NCBI GenBank assembly: GCA_964482695.1
Contig: CAYZYP010000001.1
Location: forward strand, 68,143 to 132,142
Source of the DNA: an uncultured Gammaproteobacteria bacterium
GTDB lineage: Bacteria > Patescibacteriota > Patescibacteriia > Magasanikbacterales > GWA2-37-8
Length of the DNA stretch: 64,000 nucleotides
Direction: 5' to 3'
Position numbers and translations under genes: made by a program. Under the pieces are notes generated by a model, which was given only the letters and a program-made list of their open reading frames with translations, did no database searches and was not told the DNA's origin. Shown here one piece after another: positions 34,926-44,058 of this stretch (its first letter is position 1; every line of letters starts with the position of its first letter).

Positions 34926-35375
34926 ATGCGTAGCAAATTTTTTTTAGTAGCACTTTTTATATTTTTAGTTTTATTTATTTTAATTATGGTTTTGTATTTT
35001 TGGTTCACAAACAAACAAGAAAGGCTGAACGAATCAAATAAAATGTTATCTACACAATATATAAACGAAAACGTAGCGACTTTGCAAACACCGGAACAAA
35101 CTTATGAAAAATTAAGAGAATATTTAAATCAAGGAGAAATAAACAAAGCAACCGATCTTTTTATAGGCAAGTACCAGAGTAGATATCAAGAAATTTTTTC
35201 TCAGGCTAAAAAAGAAAATAAATTAAAAGAATTAGCCGGCAAGTTAGATAGCAAGATAAAAAAGTCAGCTACTGATTGTTTGATTACTCATTGTACCTAC
35301 ATTATGGAAAACAGCAGAGTAGAGATTGATTTTATTAAGGATGAGAATGGAGTGTGGCGAGTAGAAGCCTTATAA
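34926..35375 (+). CDS. Membrane-anchored hypothetical protein (NTF2/DUF4878-like pattern)
   Basis: N-terminal TM; TPEQT...L..G....A..LF; C-terminal IDFIKDENGVWRV. Confidence 0.7.
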   Translation: MRSKFFLVALFIFLVLFILIMVLYFWFTNKQERLNESNKMLSTQYINENVATLQTPEQTYEKLREYLNQGEINKATDLFIGKYQSRYQEIFSQAKKENKLKELAGKLDSKIKKSATDCLITHCTYIMENSRVEIDFIKDENGVWRVEAL

Positions 35376-35427
35376 TTTAAGATTTGTCGTCTAAATCTAA
35401 AATCTTAAATCATAAATTTTAAATTAT

Positions 35428-38400
35428 ATGAGGAGGGATAAATTTAAAATATTTTTTGTTATTTTTAGTATTGTTTTAATCATAGTCGTGGGAGTAATTT
35501 ACGAGCGCGCTAGTAGTTATGATTCTGTTTTAACGCATCCTGGAATTGTTGTTCTGGCGGCTAAATTACATAATGACAAGGCGGAAAGAAAATTAACACT
35601 TCAAGAAATAAATTGGTTGGCCGAAGGAGCAGAGTTAGAAGATACACCTACTCGCTGGCTTAACCATTTTTATGATCCAGTAAGTAGCCGTGGCTTAAAA
35701 GGTATTTATTTGTCAGCCAAAAAATGGGCTAAAAACAGTGATAAACAGAAAAATTATGCCTTAGGCGACAATAGTTGGCTTAGAGCAATAGATGATTATA
35801 AAAAAGGGAATTATGAACAGGCTTTCAAAGCTTTAGGCCATGTTTTGCATTTAATAGCCGACGTATCTGTGCCGGCTCATACGCGCGACGATATTCATAT
35901 TTACAGCGATTCTTACGAAGAATTTGTAAAGCAGAATTGGCATGCTTTAAAATCGCGATTAGATCAAGAAAATTTAACTGTCAATAATTTGGAAAATATT
36001 TTTGATCAATTAGCTTTTTACAGCAATAATAATTTTTTTAGCGATGATACAATAGTAGATTCTAAGTATAAACTGCCAAGTTTAGAATTTTTAGATGTCC
36101 AAGGTGATTATTTAATCAGTAATTTAGACAATAAAGATTATAAGTTAGCTTACAAATTAGCGCGTTTTAGACAATCTATATTTGATCAGCGTTTTATTAT
36201 TTACAAACTAGACGCGTCTGTTTTGTCTGACTATGCCAGATTTCTTTTGCCAAAAGCCATCAGTTATAGCGCTAGTGTAATAAATTTATTTTTTGCTGAA
36301 ATACAAAATAATGTTCCACGAAATTTATCATCAGAGCGTGTTAATGTTTTGGGGCAAGTTAATCAGGCGGTTGGCGCTGTAGTTAGTAAAGGAGAAGAAA
36401 TAATAGAAAAAATTAGTTTATTAGAAGACCAAAAAGATGTTATTTACGAAAATGTTTTAAACCTAGGTGACAAATTAGACCCAAACGAAAGTATGGCAGA
36501 ATTTTTTGTAGTAGAAGATAAAGAAAAAAACGATGACGATATAAATAATATAGAAAACGTGCCAATTGAGACAAGTAAAGAAGAGGTAAAGTTAATAGAA
36601 TTGCCATCAATTATTTTGGAAAATAATGAAAATAATAGCTATGCTTATTTATTTACCGCGATAGCGGCCGATAGTGATAATTTAACAGCTTCAAATACAG
36701 TGGCGTCTGTTGTTGCTAGTAGTACGATAGTGGCGACATCTACTCTTTTTACTACAACAACAATATTTGTTACCTCTACTTTAGTTACTTCCACTACAGC
36801 TGTTACTTCTACTATTGTAATTTCTACCAGCAGTATTATTAACAGCTCTCTTGTTTTTGACGCAGCAACAACTACCGATGATTATTATGTCGCAACTTCT
36901 ACTAATCAATCTGGCGTTGTTTCTCCATCCTCAACAGTTAGCGATGATTTAAGTATGGAGGTAATAATAAATGAGATAGCTTGGGCAGGTGTATCTAGCG
37001 ATTTTCCCAAAGATGAGTGGTTTGAATTATATAATAATACCGATAAAGAGATAGATATTACTAATTGGAAAATTTTAGTGTCTGGCCGAGAAATTAAGTT
37101 AGAAAATATAAAAAATATTATAATAAAGCCTTACGGATATTATTTATTAGAAGCAAACAGAACAGAGCGGATGATCGGCCTAGAGCCGGATGCTTTGTAT
37201 GACCTAACTTACGGCATTAATAATCAAGGGGCTAAAATAGAATTATTTAATGAACAGGGTGTAAAGATAGATGAAGTAGATTGTTCTAATGGCTGGTTTT
37301 TTGGCGACAATGTTAAATATCGTTCTATGGAAAGATTAGATTCTTTGGCTGATGGTAATGATATAAATAATTGGCAGAGTAATTATGGTCCGCGGGCAGA
37401 GCCGCGCACTTATTTGGGCGGACCAATTTATGGCTCGCCAGGCATGCCTAATTTTGGTTTTATTTCTTTGCGTGGCGCGCAAGAAAACAATATTGTTGAT
37501 TTAACTTATGAAAATAATCCTTATGTGTTAGAAAATTACGAAATTCCCGTTGGAAAAATATTAAATATTCAGCCAGGAGTGATTGTTAAGGGTTATAGCC
37601 AGTTGGCTAGAATAGATGTTAAGGGGGAGTTAAATATAAACGGTACGATTGCCGAGCCAGTAGTTTTTACTTCTGGCCGGGATAATACTTTTGGCTACGA
37701 TTTGTATGATACAATGGTCGGCCAATGGAACAGTGAACTGGCTGTTGGCAAAGATTGGCAAGGATTTAGATTTTATCCAGAGTCAACAGGCAAAATAGAT
37801 TATTTAGAAATGCGTTATGCCGGAGCAGATTTTAAATTACTAGATAACGATGCTAATACAGTTTCCGAAGCAATTAGGGCGGATGGAGCCAATATTAATA
37901 TAAATAGCAGCACATTTTATTACAATGGGTCTAAAACAGTAGTTTTAGATAATACTTTTACTAGTATTAAAAATACCGCCTTTGTTGGCGGAGAAGTAGC
38001 AATAGAATCAAAAGACAGTAATTTGAATTTATTTAATCTTAACTTTGATTATTACAGCGCTATTGATGGCATTTTATCAATTAGCGGTGATTGGCCTAAA
38101 CTAGAAAATTTAGTAGCCGGAGAAGGAACAAATAATTTGTTTAAATTTGAAAAAATAGAAATGAAGCCAGATGATTTATTGAATATAGCGGCGGCGTTTA
38201 TTGGAGATGACGATTTAGATGGTGGCGTAGTTAACAATAGTAAAGTAATAACCCTGTTTAATGATTGGCAATATTTGTTTAGTGAATTATCGGTAGAAGC
38301 AGGTGTTACTTTGCGTATCAAAGAGGGAACTAATATTTATTTAAATAATCGTGGAGTTATTGATATCAAAGGCCAATTAGAGTCTTTGGGAACCGCAGAT

Positions 38401-38895
38401 AAGCCAATTAATATTTTACCTTTTTCTGGCTCGTGGGCTTATATAATATTTAATAATACTAGTTCAACTTTAAATTATACAAATATTATTAGTGGTGGCG
38501 CTTTTCCAGAAATTTATAACACAGCGTTACTAGTCAATAATTCTAATCTTAATTTAAATAATTGTTATTTGTGGAATCACCGCCAGCCAGGGAACGTGAT
38601 AAAAGCAACTAATTCAATTTTGAACTTAGTAGTTAGTGAAATTGGCGCGGACAATCGTTGGCCCAACCCGCTTTTCCCAGGTATGTCTTATTCTACTGGC
38701 ATTGATTTAACTGGTGGAGAAATTTATTTAGAGAGTACGAATTTTGAGAATTTAAATTTTGGTGTTTATTCTCATCAGTTAAATAATCAAATGCCAATAA
38801 TTAAAATTAAAGATATGTTTTTGGATAATTTTATCAATGTTTACAATCAATGGGAACCTTGGGTTGCTTGGCACTATGTGCCATTTGCTTCTTAA
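35428..38895 (+). CDS. Large surface protein: Zn-dependent phospholipase C/S1-P1-like domain + Thr/Ser-rich linker + lamin-tail domain + beta-helix repeats
   Basis: Signal/TM; TH...D...NHFYDP...LGHVLHLIAD.SVPAH.RDD.H...YE Zn-ligand pattern; VIINEIAWAG...EWFELYN (LTD); two L.I.PG/I.V.G.L...GT...P..F.S repeats. Confidence 0.7.
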   Translation: MRRDKFKIFFVIFSIVLIIVVGVIYERASSYDSVLTHPGIVVLAAKLHNDKAERKLTLQEINWLAEGAELEDTPTRWLNHFYDPVSSRGLKGIYLSAKKWAKNSDKQKNYALGDNSWLRAIDDYKKGNYEQAFKALGHVLHLIADVSVPAHTRDDIHIYSDSYEEFVKQNWHALKSRLDQENLTVNNLENIFDQLAFYSNNNFFSDDTIVDSKYKLPSLEFLDVQGDYLISNLDNKDYKLAYKLARFRQSIFDQRFIIYKLDASVLSDYARFLLPKAISYSASVINLFFAEIQNNVPRNLSSERVNVLGQVNQAVGAVVSKGEEIIEKISLLEDQKDVIYENVLNLGDKLDPNESMAEFFVVEDKEKNDDDINNIENVPIETSKEEVKLIELPSIILENNENNSYAYLFTAIAADSDNLTASNTVASVVASSTIVATSTLFTTTTIFVTSTLVTSTTAVTSTIVISTSSIINSSLVFDAATTTDDYYVATSTNQSGVVSPSSTVSDDLSMEVIINEIAWAGVSSDFPKDEWFELYNNTDKEIDITNWKILVSGREIKLENIKNIIIKPYGYYLLEANRTERMIGLEPDALYDLTYGINNQGAKIELFNEQGVKIDEVDCSNGWFFGDNVKYRSMERLDSLADGNDINNWQSNYGPRAEPRTYLGGPIYGSPGMPNFGFISLRGAQENNIVDLTYENNPYVLENYEIPVGKILNIQPGVIVKGYSQLARIDVKGELNINGTIAEPVVFTSGRDNTFGYDLYDTMVGQWNSELAVGKDWQGFRFYPESTGKIDYLEMRYAGADFKLLDNDANTVSEAIRADGANININSSTFYYNGSKTVVLDNTFTSIKNTAFVGGEVAIESKDSNLNLFNLNFDYYSAIDGILSISGDWPKLENLVAGEGTNNLFKFEKIEMKPDDLLNIAAAFIGDDDLDGGVVNNSKVITLFNDWQYLFSELSVEAGVTLRIKEGTNIYLNNRGVIDIKGQLESLGTADKPINILPFSGSWAYIIFNNTSSTLNYTNIISGGAFPEIYNTALLVNNSNLNLNNCYLWNHRQPGNVIKATNSILNLVVSEIGADNRWPNPLFPGMSYSTGIDLTGGEIYLESTNFENLNFGVYSHQLNNQMPIIKIKDMFLDNFINVYNQWEPWVAWHYVPFAS

Positions 38896-38908
38896 AAGAG
38901 ATACTGAA

Positions 38909-38966
38909 GGCTCCGGCTGGCTTTTGAACAAGGCAAAATCGCCATTGTCTTGAGCCAGCCGGAACC
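38909..38966. terminator. GC-rich hairpin between convergent genes
   Basis: GGCTCCGGCTGGCT...AGCCAGCCGGAACC (one mismatch) with inner stem ACAA.GGC/GCC.TTGT. Confidence 0.55.
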
Positions 38967-38980
38967 CGGTTGTGGTGCTG

Positions 38981-39232
38981 TTAGTACTGAGCGTTGTACT
39001 CCTCCTGGCTCATCGAGAGAGCCTTCTTCAATTCGTTGTACATTTTTGTTGCTGCGCGATTCAGAGGCTCAGAGCCTCTTTTCCCCTCGATGTAGTTATC
39101 GAGGTGAGTCGCCGTCAGCAGTACCACACCTCCTTGGATTGATCCTCCTACTTCGGCCGGCTTGAGCCGGCTCAAAGCCTCCCTTACCAGTTTCAATGCT
39201 TCTGTTACTGTCGGTTTTTTGGCCGTTATCAT
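38981..39232 (-). CDS. Hypothetical protein (83 aa)
   Basis: Strong AGGAGG SD 7 nt before the ATG on the minus strand; higher GC than flanks. Confidence 0.7.
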   Translation of the reverse strand: MITAKKPTVTEALKLVREALSRLKPAEVGGSIQGGVVLLTATHLDNYIEGKRGSEPLNRAATKMYNELKKALSMSQEEYNAQY

Positions 39233-39305
39233 TTTACAACCTCCTGTGTTTGGGAGAACATAGCTACTTTATATTATATTTTAGCCAAAAAGTCAAGTTT
39301 GCTGT

Positions 39306-39334
39306 TTGACTTTTGGCGGTTTTAATATTAAAAT
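39306..39334 (+). promoter_or_regulatory. Sigma70-type promoter of the glycan locus
   Basis: TTGACT-17 nt-TAAAAT upstream of ATG 39372; mirrored by a minus-strand TTGACT at 39291-39296. Confidence 0.6.
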
Positions 39335-39371
39335 ATCCAGTATCTAATATTTTAATATCTAATATTTTGTT

Positions 39372-41453
39372 ATGAAAAAACATATTGAACTAGTTGTTAA
39401 GATTTTAATTTACGCCACTTTTCTTGTCCCTTTAATAGTTATACCCAGTTCTTTTATATTTCCCTTTATCGTGCCGAAAATATTAATTTTCCGTTCTTTG
39501 GTAACAGCCATGCTTGCTGGCTATATATTGCTTTTGATAATTAATTGGCAGGAATACAAGCCAAAACTAACAATTTTAAATATAGTTTTAGCCGCTTTTT
39601 TACTTAGTTTTGCTATTTCTACTTTTGTTGGCACAGACGCATACCACAGCTTTTGGGATAATCACGAACGCATGTTGGGTTTGTTTACTATTTTTCATTA
39701 TGTTGCCTATTATTTTGTCTGTACCGCGGTTTTTAAAAACTGGAAAGATTGGCAAATGGCTTTGCGCATTTTTTTAATTGCCGGCACTTTGGTAGCAATA
39801 ATTGGCTTGCTGCAAGTAGGTAATCCGTATTTATTGCTCAATCAGGGAGGCACTCGTGTTGCCAGCACATTAGGCAATTCTATTTATTTAGGCGGTTATG
39901 GATTATTTTTATCTTTTGTCGCTTTTTTATTAATTATCAGAGAAAAATACACTATTTGGCGTTTAGCAGAGGGATTTTTGGGATTATTAGCGGTTTTAGC
40001 CATGTTTTATAGTGGCACGCGCGGTTCTATGCTTGGCTTGGTAGCTGGTGTCGGCGTTTTGTTGGTTGGTTATGTCATTGTTTTAAGAGAACATCCCAAA
40101 ACACGTTTAATTATAGGCGGAATTATTTTGGCAGGAATAGTTTTATTGGGGATTCTTTATACTTATCGACAAACTAATTTTGTTAGCAGTATCCCAGCAG
40201 TTGGTCGTTCGCTTAACACCAGTTTGACCTCGTTAAAAAACAGCCCTCGTTGGATAGCTTGGGAAATAGCCATAGACAGCTTTAAGCAACGGCCAATATT
40301 TGGCTGGGGGCCAAATAACTTTTTTTACGCTTTTAACGATAATTACAATCCACGTTCTTTGGAATTTGGTTATGGTGAAACGTGGTTTGACAACGCACAC
40401 AATATTATTGTCAATACTTTGGCTGTACAAGGGATATTTGGTTTGGTTGTTTATTTATCTATTTTTGTCTTATCAATTTTAGTTTTGTGGAAAACCTTTT
40501 ATCATCAAGGAATTAATAAACATTTAGTTGTTGCTGGCGCTGCTTTTTTAGTGGCTCATTTAGTACAGAATGTTACAGTGTTTGAAAATCCAACTTCATA
40601 TCTTTATTTTATGTTTTGGTTGGCAATGATTAATCAATTAACAATTGCCAGTCCTAAATTTTTAGAAAAAAATAGTGGAGTAGACGAATACAAAACGGCC
40701 AACAGGGCAGATAATAAAAACGGCAGAAAAGACCAAGAGATTGGATATTGGGCGTTTTCTACAGTTAGCGCTTTAACTTTGCTCTTAATTTTTATTTTTA
40801 ATATCCAGCCAGCCAGAGCTAACATGAAAACCCTAGAGGCTTTAAGAATGATTTCTTCGGAATACCCATCTTTGGGTGTAGAGCCAATGAAAGAGGCTTT
40901 GGCTTTTAGCTCTCCGCATATAGATGATATTCGCGCTGATATAGGTCGTACAGTTGGGCAAATAATCAACAGTTCTTATCAAAAGTTAGGATTAGACAAG
41001 AGCAAAGAAATTTTAGATATTGCTTATAATGCTTTGTCGGAAAATTTAACTTTGCATCCTTTGGATATTCGTAATCAATTAACTATTGCTCAATTAGCAC
41101 AGACAAAAGCAATTTTAGAAAATAATGCCAACTATTTGTTAGAAGCGGAAAAATTTTTAGAAGACGCGTTAAAAAAATCTCCTAAACGCCAGCAGATTAT
41201 TTATAATTTATCAAGTATTAAACTACAAGTTAATAAACAAACAGAAGCGGTTCAATTGATGGAGCAGACTATTAAAGACAATTATAAAATAGCCGAAAGT
41301 TATTGGCGTTTGGCTTATACTTATAAAGCTATTGGCCAATCGCAAAAAGCCAAAGAAACTATAGATCTGGCTTATAAAAATAATATTCAATTTAGTGACA
41401 ATGAAAAAGAAATTATCAAACAAATTTTAACAACAGCGACAACAACAAAATAG
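39372..41453 (+). CDS. O-antigen ligase (Wzy_C)-family membrane protein with C-terminal TPR-like domain
   Basis: About 12 TMs; R.ASTLGN, SGTRG, R...W..A...F..RPIFGWGPNNF, DNAHN; helical TPR-like tail. Confidence 0.85.
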   Translation: MKKHIELVVKILIYATFLVPLIVIPSSFIFPFIVPKILIFRSLVTAMLAGYILLLIINWQEYKPKLTILNIVLAAFLLSFAISTFVGTDAYHSFWDNHERMLGLFTIFHYVAYYFVCTAVFKNWKDWQMALRIFLIAGTLVAIIGLLQVGNPYLLLNQGGTRVASTLGNSIYLGGYGLFLSFVAFLLIIREKYTIWRLAEGFLGLLAVLAMFYSGTRGSMLGLVAGVGVLLVGYVIVLREHPKTRLIIGGIILAGIVLLGILYTYRQTNFVSSIPAVGRSLNTSLTSLKNSPRWIAWEIAIDSFKQRPIFGWGPNNFFYAFNDNYNPRSLEFGYGETWFDNAHNIIVNTLAVQGIFGLVVYLSIFVLSILVLWKTFYHQGINKHLVVAGAAFLVAHLVQNVTVFENPTSYLYFMFWLAMINQLTIASPKFLEKNSGVDEYKTANRADNKNGRKDQEIGYWAFSTVSALTLLLIFIFNIQPARANMKTLEALRMISSEYPSLGVEPMKEALAFSSPHIDDIRADIGRTVGQIINSSYQKLGLDKSKEILDIAYNALSENLTLHPLDIRNQLTIAQLAQTKAILENNANYLLEAEKFLEDALKKSPKRQQIIYNLSSIKLQVNKQTEAVQLMEQTIKDNYKIAESYWRLAYTYKAIGQSQKAKETIDLAYKNNIQFSDNEKEIIKQILTTATTTK

Positions 41454-41471
41454 AATATAACGTAATTTTTT

Positions 41472-42791
41472 ATGCCGCAGGATGATAAAATTATTCAGAA
41501 AATAAAAGAATTTCCTCGACAAAAAGTTCTGGTAGTTGGTGATATGATGTTGGATAAATTTACTTATGGTGATATTTCTCGTATTTCTCCAGAAGCGCCA
41601 GTACCAGTTTTAAAGAAAATAGCTGATAAATATATTTTGGGAGGAGCTGGAAATGTTGCCAGTAATATTAAAGCATTGGGCGCGCAGGTTTTTTTAGTTA
41701 GCATGGTAGGAGCGGATGAAGCAAAAATACGAGTTTTTTCTTTATTGAAAAAAGCAAAGTTATCTTCGCGTTCTGTTCTTGTTAGTAAAGATGGATCAAC
41801 AACCATAAAACAGAGATTTGTTGTTGGCTCAACACAACAGTTGTTGCGGTTAGACGAAGAAAGCACAGAAGAAATGAATTTAAAAGAAGAAACAGCATTT
41901 TTAAAACAGTTAAAAAAGGTAATACCAGAATGCGATATAATAATTGTGTCCGATTATTGCAAAGGTTGTATAACTTTTAATATAGCCAGAGAGTTGATAA
42001 AATTAGCGAAAAAACATAAAAAAAGGGTGATAGTAGACACCAAGCCAATGCACAGAGATTTTTTCTTAGGAGCGGACATATTTACACCTAATATTAAAGA
42101 AGCGCAAGAAATGTCTGGCGAAGAAAATGTAGAAGAAGCCGGTAAAAAATTAGCTAAATTATTAAAAGCGACGATTTTGTTAACCAGATCGTCGGAAGGC
42201 ATGACGATTTTTAATAAAGATAATTTGGTTCAACACGTGCCGGCAAAATCAGCGCACAGAGTATTTGACGTAACCGGGGCAGGTGATACGGTAGTAGCCA
42301 TTTTAGCTTTATCTTTGGCTAGTGGCCTTAATTTAAAGGAGTCAGCAGAATTGGCCAATAATGCCGGTAGCATAGTAGTACAAAAGCCCGGGACATCAGT
42401 GTTGTCGGCGGCAGAACTGATTTCTAGTTTGGCGGAAATTGATAATGTAGCCACTACGAAAATAGTGCCAAAAGTTTGGGGTTATGAAAAATGGTTGGAA
42501 AATAATGAAAAATATTGTTGTAAGATTTTAGTGATTAAAAAAGATTTCCAATGCAGTTTGCATTTTCATAAAATTAAAGACGAAACTTTTTTATTGGTTA
42601 AGGGTTATTTACAAATGGAAGTGAATAAAAAAACAATTTATTTAAAACCAGGAGATTATATACGCATAAAACCCGGCGACAAACATCGTTTTACTGGGCT
42701 AGAAGAATCAGAAATTTTAGAAATTAGCACTCATCACGAAGAAAAAGATTCTTATCGTTTAATAAAGAGCAGAAGAGTGTTAGTAAAATAA
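41472..42791 (+). CDS. D-glycero-D-manno-heptose-7-phosphate kinase (HldA/RfaE1, PfkB family) fused to a C-terminal cupin domain
   Basis: VGDMMLD...SRISPEAPVPV, GGAGNVA, SDY.KG, TPN..E, DVTGAGDTV; then PKVWG.E...YCCKIL...SLHFH..KDETF...PG..HRF. Confidence 0.88.
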   Translation: MPQDDKIIQKIKEFPRQKVLVVGDMMLDKFTYGDISRISPEAPVPVLKKIADKYILGGAGNVASNIKALGAQVFLVSMVGADEAKIRVFSLLKKAKLSSRSVLVSKDGSTTIKQRFVVGSTQQLLRLDEESTEEMNLKEETAFLKQLKKVIPECDIIIVSDYCKGCITFNIARELIKLAKKHKKRVIVDTKPMHRDFFLGADIFTPNIKEAQEMSGEENVEEAGKKLAKLLKATILLTRSSEGMTIFNKDNLVQHVPAKSAHRVFDVTGAGDTVVAILALSLASGLNLKESAELANNAGSIVVQKPGTSVLSAAELISSLAEIDNVATTKIVPKVWGYEKWLENNEKYCCKILVIKKDFQCSLHFHKIKDETFLLVKGYLQMEVNKKTIYLKPGDYIRIKPGDKHRFTGLEESEILEISTHHEEKDSYRLIKSRRVLVK

Positions 42792-42807
42792 GAATTTACA
42801 AAAGTTT

Positions 42808-43389
42808 ATGAAAAGAGCTATCTTTTTGGACCGGGATGGCGTAATAAATAAAGATCGCGGTTATACTTTTAAAATATTTGATTACGAATTATTGCCCGGT
42901 GTTAAACAAGGATTACAAAAATTACAAAAAGCGGGCTTTGGCTTATATGTTTTAACTAATCAATCGGGGATAGGCCGCGGTTTTTACACAGAAAATGATT
43001 ATTATAAATTTACTAACTATCTATTATCCGATTTAAATTCAGCCGGCATAAAAATAGCAGGCTGTTATTTTTGTCCGCACCATCCAACAAATGGGCAAGG
43101 GGAGTATAAAAAAGATTGTCATTGCCGTAAGCCAAAATCAGGTTTGTTGTTGCAGGCAGAAAAAAAAGATGGGCCGTTTGATTATAGAAAAAGCTGGGTT
43201 ATAGGAGACAGTATCAGGGATATTGAAACAGTAAAAAATATCCATCCCGAAGCAAGAGGTATTCTGTTGCCTAAAAATTACGATACCAATGATGAACTGT
43301 CTATTGAAGCAAAAGAAAAAAATAATAAATCAGTTAATTATTTTGTTGAAAATTTTTTACAGGCTGTTGATTTTATTTTATCTGAATAG
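42808..43389 (+). CDS. gmhB: D-glycero-D-manno-heptose-1,7-bisphosphate phosphatase
   Basis: FLDRDGVIN, TNQSGIGRG, CPHHP...C.CRKP, IGD...D. Confidence 0.92.
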   Translation: MKRAIFLDRDGVINKDRGYTFKIFDYELLPGVKQGLQKLQKAGFGLYVLTNQSGIGRGFYTENDYYKFTNYLLSDLNSAGIKIAGCYFCPHHPTNGQGEYKKDCHCRKPKSGLLLQAEKKDGPFDYRKSWVIGDSIRDIETVKNIHPEARGILLPKNYDTNDELSIEAKEKNNKSVNYFVENFLQAVDFILSE

Positions 43390-43453
43390 TCATACAACGA
43401 GTAAATATTCCTTGATGTTGACGCTTCGAAGACTATTATTTAATAATTTAGAT

Positions 43454-43936
43454 ATGACAAAGAACAAAATAAAAAAAATAAATGAATTAGTTAAAATCAG
43501 ACAGCAGTTAAGAAAGCAGGGGAAGAAAGTAGTTACCACCAATGGTTCTTATGACATTTTTCATGTTGGCCATGTTCGTAGTTTAGAAGAATCCAAAGCC
43601 CAAGGAGATATTTTAATAGTAGGGGTAAATAGCGATAGTTCGGTAAAAAAATACAAATCAAAAGAAAGGCCTATTGTGCCAGAAAAATTGCGAGCAGAAT
43701 TAGTGGCATCGCTCGCCTGCGTTGATTATGTTTTTATTTTTTCCGAAATTAACCCAATTAAATTTATTAAAAAGTTAAAGCCAGATGTCCATACCAATAG
43801 CGTTGATTATGGTGAAAATTGCGTTGAAAAAGAAACAGTGGAAAAAAATGGCGGTAAAATTTATCTTTTAAAAAAATACAGTGATATATCTAGTTCAGTA
43901 ATTATCAAAAAAATTTTAGCGATGAATCGTAAATAG
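43454..43936 (+). CDS. Heptose-1-phosphate adenylyltransferase (HldC/RfaE2)
   Basis: VVTTNGSYDIFHVGH, GDILIVGVNSD.SV, RPI, LACVDYV; likely start MTKNKI. Confidence 0.88.
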   Translation: MTKNKIKKINELVKIRQQLRKQGKKVVTTNGSYDIFHVGHVRSLEESKAQGDILIVGVNSDSSVKKYKSKERPIVPEKLRAELVASLACVDYVFIFSEINPIKFIKKLKPDVHTNSVDYGENCVEKETVEKNGGKIYLLKKYSDISSSVIIKKILAMNRK

Positions 43937-43944
43937 CAGAGTGT

Positions 43945-44036
43945 AAATTATATGCATTGCGCCAGCGGAAAACACTTTTTAGAGCACTTGACGTAAGTCA
44001 AGTGGAGCTAAAAAGTGTTTTCCGCTGGCGTGACGC
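43945..44036. repeat. Long hairpin element (family B), copy 3
   Basis: Perfect 23-bp inverted repeat 43960-43982/44008-44030 with inner CACTTGAC-GTAA-GTCAAGTG; flanks ATGCATTG and TGACGC. Confidence 0.85.
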
Positions 44037-44058
44037 GTGAAGTTAGACCTAAGAATTT

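Noticed and set aside
38950-39165. Plus-strand 71-aa ORF
   Set aside because: Antisense to the better-supported minus-strand gene with a strong SD, and starts inside a hairpin.
23335-44030. Family B hairpins as integron attC sites
   Set aside because: They lack RYYYAAC/GTTRRRY ends, mostly flank housekeeping or operon genes rather than cassettes, and no integrase is present.
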